DNA from: Nitrospinota bacterium
GTDB taxonomy: Bacteria > Nitrospinota_A > UBA7883 > JADGGD01
Direction: 5' to 3'
NCBI GenBank assembly: GCA_015229165.1
Contig: JADGCD010000003.1
Location: 1 to 41,006 of the forward strand
DNA length: 41,006 bases
Shown: one piece after another, positions 26,840 to 35,711 of the stretch
How the letters are laid out: every line of letters starts with the position of its first letter
How positions within the stretch are numbered: position 1 is the first letter of the stretch
The notes under the pieces: model-generated
What the model was told of the DNA's origin: nothing
What the model saw: the letters and a program-made list of their open reading frames with translations, nothing else
Database searches by the model: none
Position numbers and translations under genes: made by a program

Positions 26840-27711
26840 AGTACGCTCTCTTTACCGGATGCGTCGCAAAAGGGGCCGGCCGGGAACTGCTGACCGCCAC
26901 CATGAAGGCGCTGGCCAAGCTCGGCATCGAAGCCGAAGAGATGAAAGACGCCGCCTGCTGCGGCGCCGGGGTCGTGCAGGAGGACAGCCACACCATGGCC
27001 GCTGTCCTGAACGCCCGGACCTACGCCCTGGCCGAAGAGCGGGGGCAGGACATCATGAACATCTGCACCACCTGCCAGGGGGTGCATCGCCAGACCCAGC
27101 GGGAGCTGGACGACAATCCCGCCTTCAAGGCGCTGGTCAACAAGGAGTTGGACGCCACCTGCGGCCGCCGCTACGAGGGGAAGGTGAAAATCCGCCACTT
27201 CTACGAAGTGCTGCTGCAAGAGTTCGGCATCGAGAAGCTCAAAGAGAAAGTCGTCCGCCCCCTGACCGGGGTCAAAGTGGCGCCTTTCTATGGTTGCTAC
27301 GCCGTCCGGCCCCCGGCGGAAGTCTCCGACTGTTCCGACCCGGACGATCCCGACGAGTTGGAGACGCTGATCCGCGCCCTCGGGGCCGAGCCGGTGTCGT
27401 ACGACGAGCGGCTGAAATGTTGCGGCTTCCCGGTCCTGATGATGAACAAGGACAACTCCATGAAGATGTCGGCCAACGCCGTCGCCGGGGCGCAGAAAGC
27501 CGGGGCCGACGCCATGGTCACCCCCTGCCCCTTGTGCCACCTGAACATGGACGCCTACCAGCCGGAGTTCGGCGCGGTGATGGACGAAGAGCCCCACCTC
27601 CCCGTCCTCCACTTCCCGCAGCTCGTCGCGCTGGCGCTGGGCGTGCCGGGAAAAGAGCTGGGGCTGGACAAACATATCGTCCGGATGGAAGGGACGATAG
27701 CCTCGATGTGA
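26836..27711 (+). CDS. sdhE: CCG-domain (HdrB-like) anchor subunit of type E succinate:quinone oxidoreductase
   Basis: ATGA coupling; YALFTGC, ACCGAG, CTTC, PFYGC, KCCG, TPCPLCHLNMD. Confidence 0.88.
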   Translation: MKYALFTGCVAKGAGRELLTATMKALAKLGIEAEEMKDAACCGAGVVQEDSHTMAAVLNARTYALAEERGQDIMNICTTCQGVHRQTQRELDDNPAFKALVNKELDATCGRRYEGKVKIRHFYEVLLQEFGIEKLKEKVVRPLTGVKVAPFYGCYAVRPPAEVSDCSDPDDPDELETLIRALGAEPVSYDERLKCCGFPVLMMNKDNSMKMSANAVAGAQKAGADAMVTPCPLCHLNMDAYQPEFGAVMDEEPHLPVLHFPQLVALALGVPGKELGLDKHIVRMEGTIASM

Positions 27712-27727
27712 TTTTCGTTTCTAGCAG

Positions 27728-27758
27728 AACGGGCCGTCCGAAAGGGCGGCCTGTTTTT
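27728..27758 (+). terminator. Intrinsic terminator after sdhABE
   Basis: AACGGGCCGTCC-GAAA-GGGCGGCCTGTT followed by TTT. Confidence 0.8.
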
Positions 27759-28875
27759 ATTCGTCTAGCCACCTGTTCAGATTTGGCGCTCTAAGACTAT
27801 CGAAGATTGGGAAACATGAGATATCGGGATTTTCATCCCGAAGTGTTTCAATAAGCCGGTTTCGGAGTGAGTAATCCCCCCCATATGAACTACACGCTAT
27901 TCGTGTTTCCTTCGACACGCAATGCCGGAACAGAAGTTCAAGATAATCATCCCCCGACGCCATGGAGAATCCGACGAAGACCCACCGCTTCGAATCCCGT
28001 AGGGCGCGCTCGAAGGCGATCCACTGTTTACGCAAGACCTGATTGCCCAATCCCGGAACGGTGCTGTTGCCGATGACCTCTTCCTTGCCGGGAGGTTGGG
28101 GGACGATCATGGCTTGTCTGAAATCAAAAGGACCGGTAGTTCCCTTTCGTTGAAACCCCAGTTCATCGAACTCGGTCTTCTCGTAAGTGTTCTCCCAATG
28201 CCAATCATCGTAAGAGCCACACCCTTTTGAAAGGCTCGTCCATCCAAGCGAACCATGAGGACGGATGATTTCCATAGCTCCGTCTACCGGCACACCGTCA
28301 CCGGGATAGTACCAATGTGCCCCGAAACCATGATCAAACGTCGTGTCGAAGTTCATGTTCACGACGGCGGAGATATGACGTTCGATCCCTTTCCAAAAGG
28401 TTGGGTACTTAGACCCATACAACTTCAAATGATGAGGATCATACACGTCATGGAAAAGCACCCGCAGTTCCCAGATGGCGCATTCGACAATGTAGTAATC
28501 ATGCAGTGTATGGGGAATGGAGTAATGTCCCTGCTGGAAGATATACCTTTGGGGCCACTCGTGGTTTCCCAGCTTATGAAACGTATCTACGATCTTCTGG
28601 TCAAGCCGAACAACACCCGCTCTCACCAACCCCCTCAAGTTGAACAGGGCGTTCCATGTCTTGCAAAGACTGCAGTGCTCAGTGGCTGGGATAAACTCGC
28701 GAAAAATATTCAGTAACGGGTATCCTTGTTCGCCCAACAGCCCGTAGACAATCGGCGATTCAAAGAACCCGGAATCGGTCGGCAACCGTTCCCCATCCCT
28801 CGTTACCCCCGACCCGACTGTCGCGCCGGAGCCAATGACAAGTACCGTATCTTTTTCCATTTCAATATTTTCCAT
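27757..28875 (-). CDS. Standalone SIR2-like (SIR2_2) domain protein
   Basis: VLVIGSGATV.SG..LP, VVNMNFD, RPHGSLGW, IVPQPPGK, W..F..AL....WVFVGFS....D. Lower GC than its neighbours. Start may be 28860. Confidence 0.72.
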   Translation of the reverse strand: MENIEMEKDTVLVIGSGATVGSGVTRDGERLPTDSGFFESPIVYGLLGEQGYPLLNIFREFIPATEHCSLCKTWNALFNLRGLVRAGVVRLDQKIVDTFHKLGNHEWPQRYIFQQGHYSIPHTLHDYYIVECAIWELRVLFHDVYDPHHLKLYGSKYPTFWKGIERHISAVVNMNFDTTFDHGFGAHWYYPGDGVPVDGAMEIIRPHGSLGWTSLSKGCGSYDDWHWENTYEKTEFDELGFQRKGTTGPFDFRQAMIVPQPPGKEEVIGNSTVPGLGNQVLRKQWIAFERALRDSKRWVFVGFSMASGDDYLELLFRHCVSKETRIACSSYGGDYSLRNRLIETLRDENPDISCFPIFDSLRAPNLNRWLDE

Positions 28876-29064
28876 ACCTGTTTCATCCTACTTTACCACT
28901 TTCGAGCGACGCTCTTTTTGCGTCGCCCATCGCTTGACACCCGATTCCCCCCGTTTTATCTCGAAAGCGAAGAGAGCCAACGACGGCTCGGGGGCTGTGG
29001 GAGCCGACAAAAACGGACAGACCGCCCGACCCCCAGGGTGGACGATTGAATGATGGAGGTCACC

Positions 29065-29502
29065 ATGACACTGATTCGCAGAAGGGAACAGGGACTGGCG
29101 CGGCCTGCGGACTTTGATCCGTTCGGCGCCCTCTCGCTCCTCGACGAGTTCTGGCCCATGGCCCGGATGAACGAGGAGACCGGCTATCTCCCCACCATGG
29201 AGGTCAAAGAGACCGACGACGCCTACGCGATCCGGCTGGAACTCCCCGGCGTCGCCAAGGAGGACGTGAGGGTCCAGTTTGAAAACGGCATCCTGACCGT
29301 CTCCGGCGAAAAGAGGGACACCACCGAGGAGAAGTCCGAGCGGGTCTATCGCTCCGAAATCCGGTACGGCGCCTTCACCCGGTCGCTCCGGTTCAAGGAG
29401 GTCGACGGCGAGAAAATCAGCGCGAAACACGAGAACGGCGTCCTGACGGTCACCGTGCCGAAGAGCGCCAAGGTCCAGCCGAGGGCCATCGAAATCGCCT
29501 GA
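29065..29502 (+). CDS. Hsp20/alpha-crystallin small heat-shock protein
   Basis: GGAGG RBS; ELPGV.KEDV, LTVSGEK, YGAFTRS, A..ENGVLTVTVPK, I.I C-terminal motif. Confidence 0.95.
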   Translation: MTLIRRREQGLARPADFDPFGALSLLDEFWPMARMNEETGYLPTMEVKETDDAYAIRLELPGVAKEDVRVQFENGILTVSGEKRDTTEEKSERVYRSEIRYGAFTRSLRFKEVDGEKISAKHENGVLTVTVPKSAKVQPRAIEIA

Positions 29503-29522
29503 GCGGCCATGGCGCCCCGCGT

Positions 29523-29552
29523 CGCGGGGAGACACCAGTCGGTCTCCCCGCG
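29523..29552. terminator. Hairpin between convergent genes (possible terminator)
   Basis: Perfect 11-bp stem CGCGGGGAGAC-N8-GTCTCCCCGCG; no clear U tract. Confidence 0.45.
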
Positions 29553-29557
29553 CGCGC

Positions 29558-30583
29558 CTAGAACGTCAGCCGCACCCGCCACGTCGTATTGTTCTCGCCG
29601 CGATAGTAGAGGTAAAGCCGGTCTCCCTCCACCAGAAGTTCCGGCCCGTCGTAGCCGAAGCCGAGGGTGGGGTTTTCCAGTAATGGATTGCCGCTCCACC
29701 GTTTCCAACCCCGGTCGATATAGGCCGACCGGAGGATCGACGTCCCCCACCAACTCGACTCAAACCGGGGCGAACGCTCCGGCGTCACCGGCAACGCCGT
29801 CGCCCATTCATACGCCATGTAGTACCAGTTCCCCACCTTCACCACCGACGACCGGGCGCCGACGGTCCCGCTCTCCCATGCCTCGATCAGATCGAGAAAC
29901 GGTGTCGGCTGGCAGGTGAGCGCATCGAGCCGCTGCCCTGTGGCGTAGCCGATCCTGACGCTCCACGGTTCCCGCTTCGTCATGTGATACCAGACATGCC
30001 ACCGGCTCCCGTCGTGATACAGGGTCGGCGTGCCGACGTCGACGTCGGCGTAGTCAGCGCCGGGGGTGGGGACGCCCGGCATCAGCAGGCGCGACGGATC
30101 GTCGTCGGGGCGAATCGCCGGCCCCCGTTTCTCCCATGTCGTCCCGTCGCTCGACGTGGCCCAGCAGACGCTGTTAATGTCTTCGACGGCGGCTTTCCCT
30201 TCATAGAGCATGTGCCACGTTCCATCGACCTGCGCCACCGCCGGGAAGCTGGCCTGAAGCCGGTCGTACCACTCCCCTTTAAGCAAGACTTTGCCGCAAA
30301 AGGCGAAGGTCACTCCGTCTGACGAGGTGACATACCCGACGTCGTTCTCGGAGCCGTCGGTGTGGTCGATGAACCAGCCGCGCAGGAGGGGGCCGTCCCA
30401 TGCGAAGTGGGGGAAGTGGAAGCCGTCGATGGCCGCGCCGACCCGTTCGGCGGGGCCGACGGCGATGGAATGATCGAAGGGGGCGTCGGGGTTGAAGGAG
30501 TCGCCGGACGAGCCGCCGCACCGGGGGAGGGCCAGCCCCGCCGTCAGCAGGGCGGCCCCGCGCAAAAGCTGGCGCCGGTTCAT
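29558..30583 (-). CDS. Tat-exported lipoprotein, five-bladed beta-propeller glycoside hydrolase-like (GH43/32/130-type fold)
   Basis: MNRRQLL twin-Arg, Cys lipobox; repeated blades (SSDGVTF, P.V....G.WHMLYEG, ATSSDGTTWEK, GTP..WHVWY, GNPLL, DGP..LYLYY). Confidence 0.7.
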   Translation of the reverse strand: MNRRQLLRGAALLTAGLALPRCGGSSGDSFNPDAPFDHSIAVGPAERVGAAIDGFHFPHFAWDGPLLRGWFIDHTDGSENDVGYVTSSDGVTFAFCGKVLLKGEWYDRLQASFPAVAQVDGTWHMLYEGKAAVEDINSVCWATSSDGTTWEKRGPAIRPDDDPSRLLMPGVPTPGADYADVDVGTPTLYHDGSRWHVWYHMTKREPWSVRIGYATGQRLDALTCQPTPFLDLIEAWESGTVGARSSVVKVGNWYYMAYEWATALPVTPERSPRFESSWWGTSILRSAYIDRGWKRWSGNPLLENPTLGFGYDGPELLVEGDRLYLYYRGENNTTWRVRLTF

Positions 30584-31965
30584 TTCACCGCGACGACGGC
30601 GTAGTCCTGCGAACCGAAGAGCTGCATGTTAAGTATGGCGGCGGTCCGGTTGTACTCTTCTACCACCGGTTTCATCCACCCCGGCATGCCGCTGTCATGG
30701 GCCAGCCGCCCGAGCCGCATGTGGTCGGGGAAGGGATTGAGCCACTCGATGCGCACCTCCCGGAAGCCGCACCGTTGCAGGAGAAACTGGACCGCCATCG
30801 GGTGGACCGGCTTGTCGTGGCTGATGTCCAGATAGAAGGGGCCGGAGAGGGTGGCAAGGCTGGTGGGGTTCACCGTCTCGCAGGCCAGCGTCCCCCCGTG
30901 GGCCAGCTTGTCGTAGGCGGCCCGGAAGAAATCGACCATCACGTTCGACGGCAGATGCTCGATCACCTGAATGGCGCTGATCCCCCCCAGCGAACCGTCG
31001 GCCTGCCTCCCCAGCCAGCCGAGCAGATCGGCGTGTTCGACGGCGAGTCCCCGCTGTTTACACTCTTCCACCATCTCGTCGTTCAGGTCGATGCCGGTGG
31101 CGCCGATCCCGGCTTCGCGGTAGAGCTCCAGCAGCTCGCCCCGTCCGCAGCCGACGTCCACCACCGGGCCGGGGGCGTTTTTGAACCAGCCGGGGTAGAC
31201 GGCCAGTTTCTGGCGGATATCGTCGCGGCTGCCTCGATGCCGGTTCTCAAACAGGAGATAATCGAGGCTCTCGAACTTTTGGGCCTCGGCGGTGGCGGAG
31301 GCCAACGTCTCGGGGGCGCTCGACAATTTGTTCAGCAGCTCCACCACCCGGCGGCGCATGAAGATCACCTCCCGGTCGGCTTCGGCCATAACGCTGGAAA
31401 GCGTCGCCGCCTGCCGTTCCAGCGCGTCGGTCCGTTTTTCCCCGGCCAGCATCCGCGACTCCAGCCGCTCGGCCCGGAGCATGGCGCCGGTCATCCGGGC
31501 GGAGAGGTTGTTGAACTGCCGCTCGGCCGATTCGACGGCGCCTTTCATCTTGTCCAGCGCACGCAGGGTGTTGGCGTTGAACTCGGCCTGACGGGCAAGC
31601 TGGATGTTCAGCGTCGGCTGGACGAATTTTTGGAAGAGCTTCTTGTAGAGCGACACCAGCGAGCCCACGGCGCCGCCGCGCGGGGAGCCGGTATCGACCG
31701 GGCGGGTTACGTCCCATCCCTGGTCGAGTGCGGCGAAGATCCGGTTGCGGGCGTCCACGTCGTCGAAGAGGAGGGTGAAGTCCCGCTGGCTCTCGGTGAC
31801 GGCCAGCGTCAGATCGCGCAGGTAGGCGACTTCCTGATCGTCGTAGAGGCCGCGCGCCATTTTCTCGTCGATCCGGGCCCGGATACGCTCGGAGAGGGCG
31901 ACGGCGTCGATGTCGCCGGTGGCGGTGACAAAGGTTTTTTGGTCAGCGCCGGTCTCTTTAGTCAC
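30580..31965 (-). CDS. Class I SAM methyltransferase with N-terminal coiled coil (glycan chain-terminator-like)
   Basis: FENRHRGSR..I, VVDVGCGRGE, GIDLN, QVIEHL, ETVNP..F.LD.SH..P, QDYAVVA; heptad-rich N-terminal half. Confidence 0.82.
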   Translation of the reverse strand: MTKETGADQKTFVTATGDIDAVALSERIRARIDEKMARGLYDDQEVAYLRDLTLAVTESQRDFTLLFDDVDARNRIFAALDQGWDVTRPVDTGSPRGGAVGSLVSLYKKLFQKFVQPTLNIQLARQAEFNANTLRALDKMKGAVESAERQFNNLSARMTGAMLRAERLESRMLAGEKRTDALERQAATLSSVMAEADREVIFMRRRVVELLNKLSSAPETLASATAEAQKFESLDYLLFENRHRGSRDDIRQKLAVYPGWFKNAPGPVVDVGCGRGELLELYREAGIGATGIDLNDEMVEECKQRGLAVEHADLLGWLGRQADGSLGGISAIQVIEHLPSNVMVDFFRAAYDKLAHGGTLACETVNPTSLATLSGPFYLDISHDKPVHPMAVQFLLQRCGFREVRIEWLNPFPDHMRLGRLAHDSGMPGWMKPVVEEYNRTAAILNMQLFGSQDYAVVAVK

Positions 31966-31974
31966 GCGTCTTCC

Positions 31975-32376
31975 TCAAGTTATCAGAGTCAGTATCTCGT
32001 CGGGTATCCGCCGGGGGCGCATGGTTTCGTTCAGGCAGGCCATGTCGGTCCGCCCGGTCACCAGCCGCTCGCCGTCGGCGGGACGTATGATGATATAGCC
32101 GAACGAAAGGCGCGTTCCCCGGGTCACGGTCAGGGTCGTCTCCACCTCGATCAGGTCGCCATAGACCGCCGGTCGGCGGTAGTCGGCCTCAGCGTGGGTG
32201 ACGGCGAAAGTGACCCCCTTCCTGACCCACTCCGCCGGATCGACGCCGCGCGATTTAAGAAGCTGCGTCCGGGCCCGCTCGAAGTATTTCAGGTAATTGG
32301 CGTAGTATACCACCCCGCCGGTGTCGGTGTCTTCGTAGTAGATTTCGACTGGCGTGACGTGCGGGCGCTCACTCAT
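31975..32376 (-). CDS. ybgC: YbgC/FadM-family acyl-CoA thioesterase
   Basis: IYYEDTDTGGVVYYANYLKYFERART hotdog-fold signature; start at 32376 overlaps the end of mazG. Confidence 0.88.
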   Translation of the reverse strand: MSERPHVTPVEIYYEDTDTGGVVYYANYLKYFERARTQLLKSRGVDPAEWVRKGVTFAVTHAEADYRRPAVYGDLIEVETTLTVTRGTRLSFGYIIIRPADGERLVTGRTDMACLNETMRPRRIPDEILTLIT

Positions 32377-33145
32377 TCTTTTTCGCCTCGTCCCAGAGGG
32401 CATCCATCTCTGCAAGCGTCGCCTCCCCCAGCTCCTTCCCGCTGGCTTCGATGCGGGCTTCGACGTGGGCGAAGCGGCGGATGAACTTGCCGATGGTTTT
32501 CCGCAGCGCCTCTTCGGGGTTGACCTCCATGAACCGGGCGACGTTGACGAGGGAGAAGAGAAGGTCGCCCAGCTCTTCTTCCATATGTTTCACGTCCCGC
32601 TCGGCGAAGGCGGCGCGGAACTCGGCCAACTCTTCCTCCACCTTCTCGAAGGCGCCGTCGACGTTGGCCCAGTCGAAACCGGCGCGGGCGGCTTTCTTGC
32701 CGATCTTGTAGGCCCGCGCGAGGCTCGGCATGGCGGCGGGGACGCCGTCGAGGGCCGAGGTGCGCTCTTTATGCCCTTCTTCGGTCTTCTTGATCTTCTC
32801 CCACTGGGTGACGACGGCGCCGGGGGTGGGGGCGTGGGCTGCGCCGAAAACATGGGGGTGTCGGCGGATCAATTTGTCGCTGATGGCGTGGCAGACGTCG
32901 GCGGCGGTGAAGTCGCCCCGCTCGTGGGCGAGTTGCGCATGGAAGACGACTTGCAAGATGAGGTCGCCCAGCTCGTCCCGCAGGGTGGGCATGGAGCCGC
33001 CGTCGATGGCTTCAAGAACTTCGTAGGTCTCTTCAAGAAGGTAGGGCTTCAGGCTCTCGTGGGTCTGTTCGGCGTCCCACGGACAACCACCGGGCGAACG
33101 CAACCGCGCCATCACCCCCACCAACCGGTCAAACGCTTCGGACAT
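32369..33145 (-). CDS. mazG: Nucleoside triphosphate pyrophosphohydrolase MazG
   Basis: LRSPGGCPWD.EQT, EETYE, ELGDL, KLIRRHPHVF, GFDW, EEELGDLLF. Confidence 0.96.
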   Translation of the reverse strand: MSEAFDRLVGVMARLRSPGGCPWDAEQTHESLKPYLLEETYEVLEAIDGGSMPTLRDELGDLILQVVFHAQLAHERGDFTAADVCHAISDKLIRRHPHVFGAAHAPTPGAVVTQWEKIKKTEEGHKERTSALDGVPAAMPSLARAYKIGKKAARAGFDWANVDGAFEKVEEELAEFRAAFAERDVKHMEEELGDLLFSLVNVARFMEVNPEEALRKTIGKFIRRFAHVEARIEASGKELGEATLAEMDALWDEAKKNE

Positions 33146-33155
33146 GGGATAGGAA

Positions 33156-33287
33156 CCTTCTTTTTCTTTGGAAAGAAAAAGAAGCAAAAAGAAACTCCCC
33201 CATTTGGCTCAGGGGGTGAATCCACCTCCTGAGCCAAATGAAAGGAAAGGCTCTTTCGCTTCGTTTCCGTTCAAACGAAAACGAGGG
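33156..33287. repeat. REPIN/MITE-like composite palindromic element
   Basis: Two inverted ~37-bp arms (33156-33192, 33251-33287), each itself a hairpin, flank an 18-bp hairpin CATTTGGCTCAGGGGGTG-AATC-CACCTCCTGAGCCAAATG (33201-33240). Confidence 0.65.
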
Positions 33288-33435
33288 CACTATACCATGC
33301 CGGAAGCGTTGGCCCGAGGGGGGGGGCGCCGGTCAGCCCTGCGTCGGCAGGGGATGGAAGATTTCCGCAGAAGCGCAGAAGTGCTACAATCACGGCCCAT
33401 TCGGGAATATTCTCTCCATTCGCCAAGGAGCGACC

Positions 33436-35139
33436 ATGCGATCCTTCGTCAGAGCTTTTGCCGTTCTCTCCCTTTCCTTCTCCCTCGGAGCTTGCGGCGG
33501 TTCTTCGACCAGCAGCGCTCCCCCCGCCCGGACGGCGGCCCAACTCGACAGCGGGACCTATTACGCCGGGATGCTCCTCTACGCCAAGGAGGTCTCCCAG
33601 CTCGCCGACGGGGCGGTGATCGGCTACCGTCTCACCGACAGCGACGGCACGCGGGTCGTCGAGCGGATCGGCGTCATGACCATCGACCATGTCGACGCCG
33701 ACGGCCTCACCTACACCTGGCATACCTACGGCACCGACATGAAGAGCAAGCGCGACGGCGGAACGGTCACCCTCACGACCGACGGCGACGGGGGCGACCT
33801 GGACAACGACGGGGAGCGGGACCTCCACTACGTCTCCCCCCCCGCCCCCCGCGACGGCCTCACCGACGAGCGGTATCTCAAACTCGCCTTCCACCGCGCC
33901 CCCAAGCGGGCCAAGCGGATCAGCTTCCGGATCATAGACAACGGCCAGAGCGCGCCCGTTGTCGCCGCCCGTCCCATACTCCAGTTTGGCCATGACGGAA
34001 AGATGCTCCTCTTCGACCGGGAGCTGACCGTCGTCAACGAATACGCCAATAAACGGGTCGAGTACGCCGCCCACCCGGCGGTCGATCTGCTCCGCAAGGA
34101 CGACCTCCTCATCGTCGACCGGCGGATCTCGCTGGAGCAGGCCCAGGCGGCCGCCAACGCGGCGAACCGCGCCTACCGAACGTCCCCTCGTCTCTCGAAG
34201 GACGGCCTCGGCGGCGTCTCCAACAGTTGGTGTTGCGGCATCGACGACATCATCAGTACCGTCACGACGGTCGTGAACACGGTGGGAGGGGTCGTCGTGA
34301 CCGCCGGAGATGACATCGCGGATGAAGCGACGCAAGTGTGGGACGGGCTGAGCGCCTTTTGGGGGGCGATCCAGAACATCAGCTACAGCGGAACCCCCAT
34401 TTCGCTGAGCGGCGTCACCTTCCGCCAGGGGCCGCCCCTTCTGGCCGGGCGCGCTGGGGGTGGCGGCGCCGCCGCCTTCTCCGACGGAGCTATCGACGTG
34501 GCGATCTCCCTGGGCCTGGAGATGGACCTCGATGTCAACATCTCCCTGGACCCGATCACCTTCGCCACCGATCTCATCAACAGCAGTCCGTCGTTTAACG
34601 CCTTTGGCATCTCCACGACCTGGTCCCCCAGCGTGGCCACGACGATCACGTTCAACAACCTCACCCAGGAATACAGCAAAGAGTTCCACCTCCCCGCCTC
34701 CGCGTCGATCCCGATCGGCGACACCCCGCTCTCCCTCACGCCGGTCATCGTCGGCTTCCAAGTCGATTGCACCCCGACGTCCGGCCCGATGAACGGCTCC
34801 CTCCAGTTCAGCAACTCCGCCTCCCTCACCGCCGGCTTCGAGTCGGGCTCGTTCACGGCGTCGGGGAACACGCCCCCCACACAGGCCTCGCAGGACGCGC
34901 TCACCGATGCCAATGGCGCCACGTGCAGCGTCTCCATAGGTCCGGGAACGGAGCTTACGGCGGCGCAGATCGTCCACTTCCCGCTCACCAACTGGTTTAG
35001 CACCGCGTTCACCTCCGGCCTCTACTGGACGGAGGTGGAGCTCCAGGCGGGGATGTCGGTCGGCTACAAGGGGGTCACGGTGTGGGACATCGATCTGGGG
35101 ACCATTTACAGTGAGCTTCTGAACATGAGCAGCTACTGA
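33436..35139 (+). CDS. Large lipoprotein of unknown function
   Basis: Extended -10 TGCTACAAT (33382-33390), AAGGAG RBS, lipobox LGAC followed by GGSS, strong GC3 bias; no family recognised. Confidence 0.8.
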   Translation: MRSFVRAFAVLSLSFSLGACGGSSTSSAPPARTAAQLDSGTYYAGMLLYAKEVSQLADGAVIGYRLTDSDGTRVVERIGVMTIDHVDADGLTYTWHTYGTDMKSKRDGGTVTLTTDGDGGDLDNDGERDLHYVSPPAPRDGLTDERYLKLAFHRAPKRAKRISFRIIDNGQSAPVVAARPILQFGHDGKMLLFDRELTVVNEYANKRVEYAAHPAVDLLRKDDLLIVDRRISLEQAQAAANAANRAYRTSPRLSKDGLGGVSNSWCCGIDDIISTVTTVVNTVGGVVVTAGDDIADEATQVWDGLSAFWGAIQNISYSGTPISLSGVTFRQGPPLLAGRAGGGGAAAFSDGAIDVAISLGLEMDLDVNISLDPITFATDLINSSPSFNAFGISTTWSPSVATTITFNNLTQEYSKEFHLPASASIPIGDTPLSLTPVIVGFQVDCTPTSGPMNGSLQFSNSASLTAGFESGSFTASGNTPPTQASQDALTDANGATCSVSIGPGTELTAAQIVHFPLTNWFSTAFTSGLYWTEVELQAGMSVGYKGVTVWDIDLGTIYSELLNMSSY

Positions 35140-35152
35140 GGAACCCGCACGG

Positions 35153-35186
35153 CGCGCCCCCCGGTCCGCAGGGGCCGGGGGGCGCG
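35153..35186. terminator. Terminator hairpin between convergent genes
   Basis: CGCGCCCCCCGGTCC-GCAG-GGGCCGGGGGGCGCG followed by TTTCGTTT. Confidence 0.7.
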
Positions 35187-35192
35187 TTTCGT

Positions 35193-35615
35193 TTACGACG
35201 AGGCGGAGCAGCTGACGGAGCCGCGGCGGACGTGGATGGTGAGGCGCCAGGTGTCGGCGGGGACGGGGTTCTCCTCCCACGCCCGGACATATTCCAGCCG
35301 GATCGTGGTCGTCCCCTGCCCCACCGCCCGGAAGACCCAGGTCTCGGTCCCTCCGGCGCCGACGGCGTCGCTGTCGCTCTCCTGATAGTCGCTGCCGACG
35401 AGGGTGACGAATTCCTCCTCCAGCGGTTCGGCCAGGCGCCACTGGTAGCCGGTGGAGGGGTTTGACGGCAGCTCCACGCCGAACCGCTCCCGCGTGAGGA
35501 CTTCCGCGCCGCTTACGTCCCGGTCGTACATGCGGGTGTCTTCGCTGCGGACCGACGAGCCGCAGGCGACGAACAACAGGGCCAGCAACGCCCATCCGCT
35601 CCAGCGCATTCTCAT
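35193..35615 (-). CDS. Chagasin-family (I42) cysteine protease inhibitor lipoprotein
   Basis: GGAGG RBS, lipobox [25 protein letters not shown]. Confidence 0.9.
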   Translation of the reverse strand: MRMRWSGWALLALLFVACGSSVRSEDTRMYDRDVSGAEVLTRERFGVELPSNPSTGYQWRLAEPLEEEFVTLVGSDYQESDSDAVGAGGTETWVFRAVGQGTTTIRLEYVRAWEENPVPADTWRLTIHVRRGSVSCSASS

Positions 35616-35711
35616 GGCGGCGAACCTCCTGACTCCAGTCTACTACCGAATCGCCCCCCCATCGGGTACAATGACCCTTTTCACCGACACCTGCGAAAGG
35701 CGCCCAGACCC

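Noticed and set aside
28934-28962. Heat-shock promoter or CIRCE upstream of hsp20
   Set aside because: TTGACA is present but the -10 is poor (TATCTC), and there is no TTAGCACTC-N9-GAGTGCTAA.
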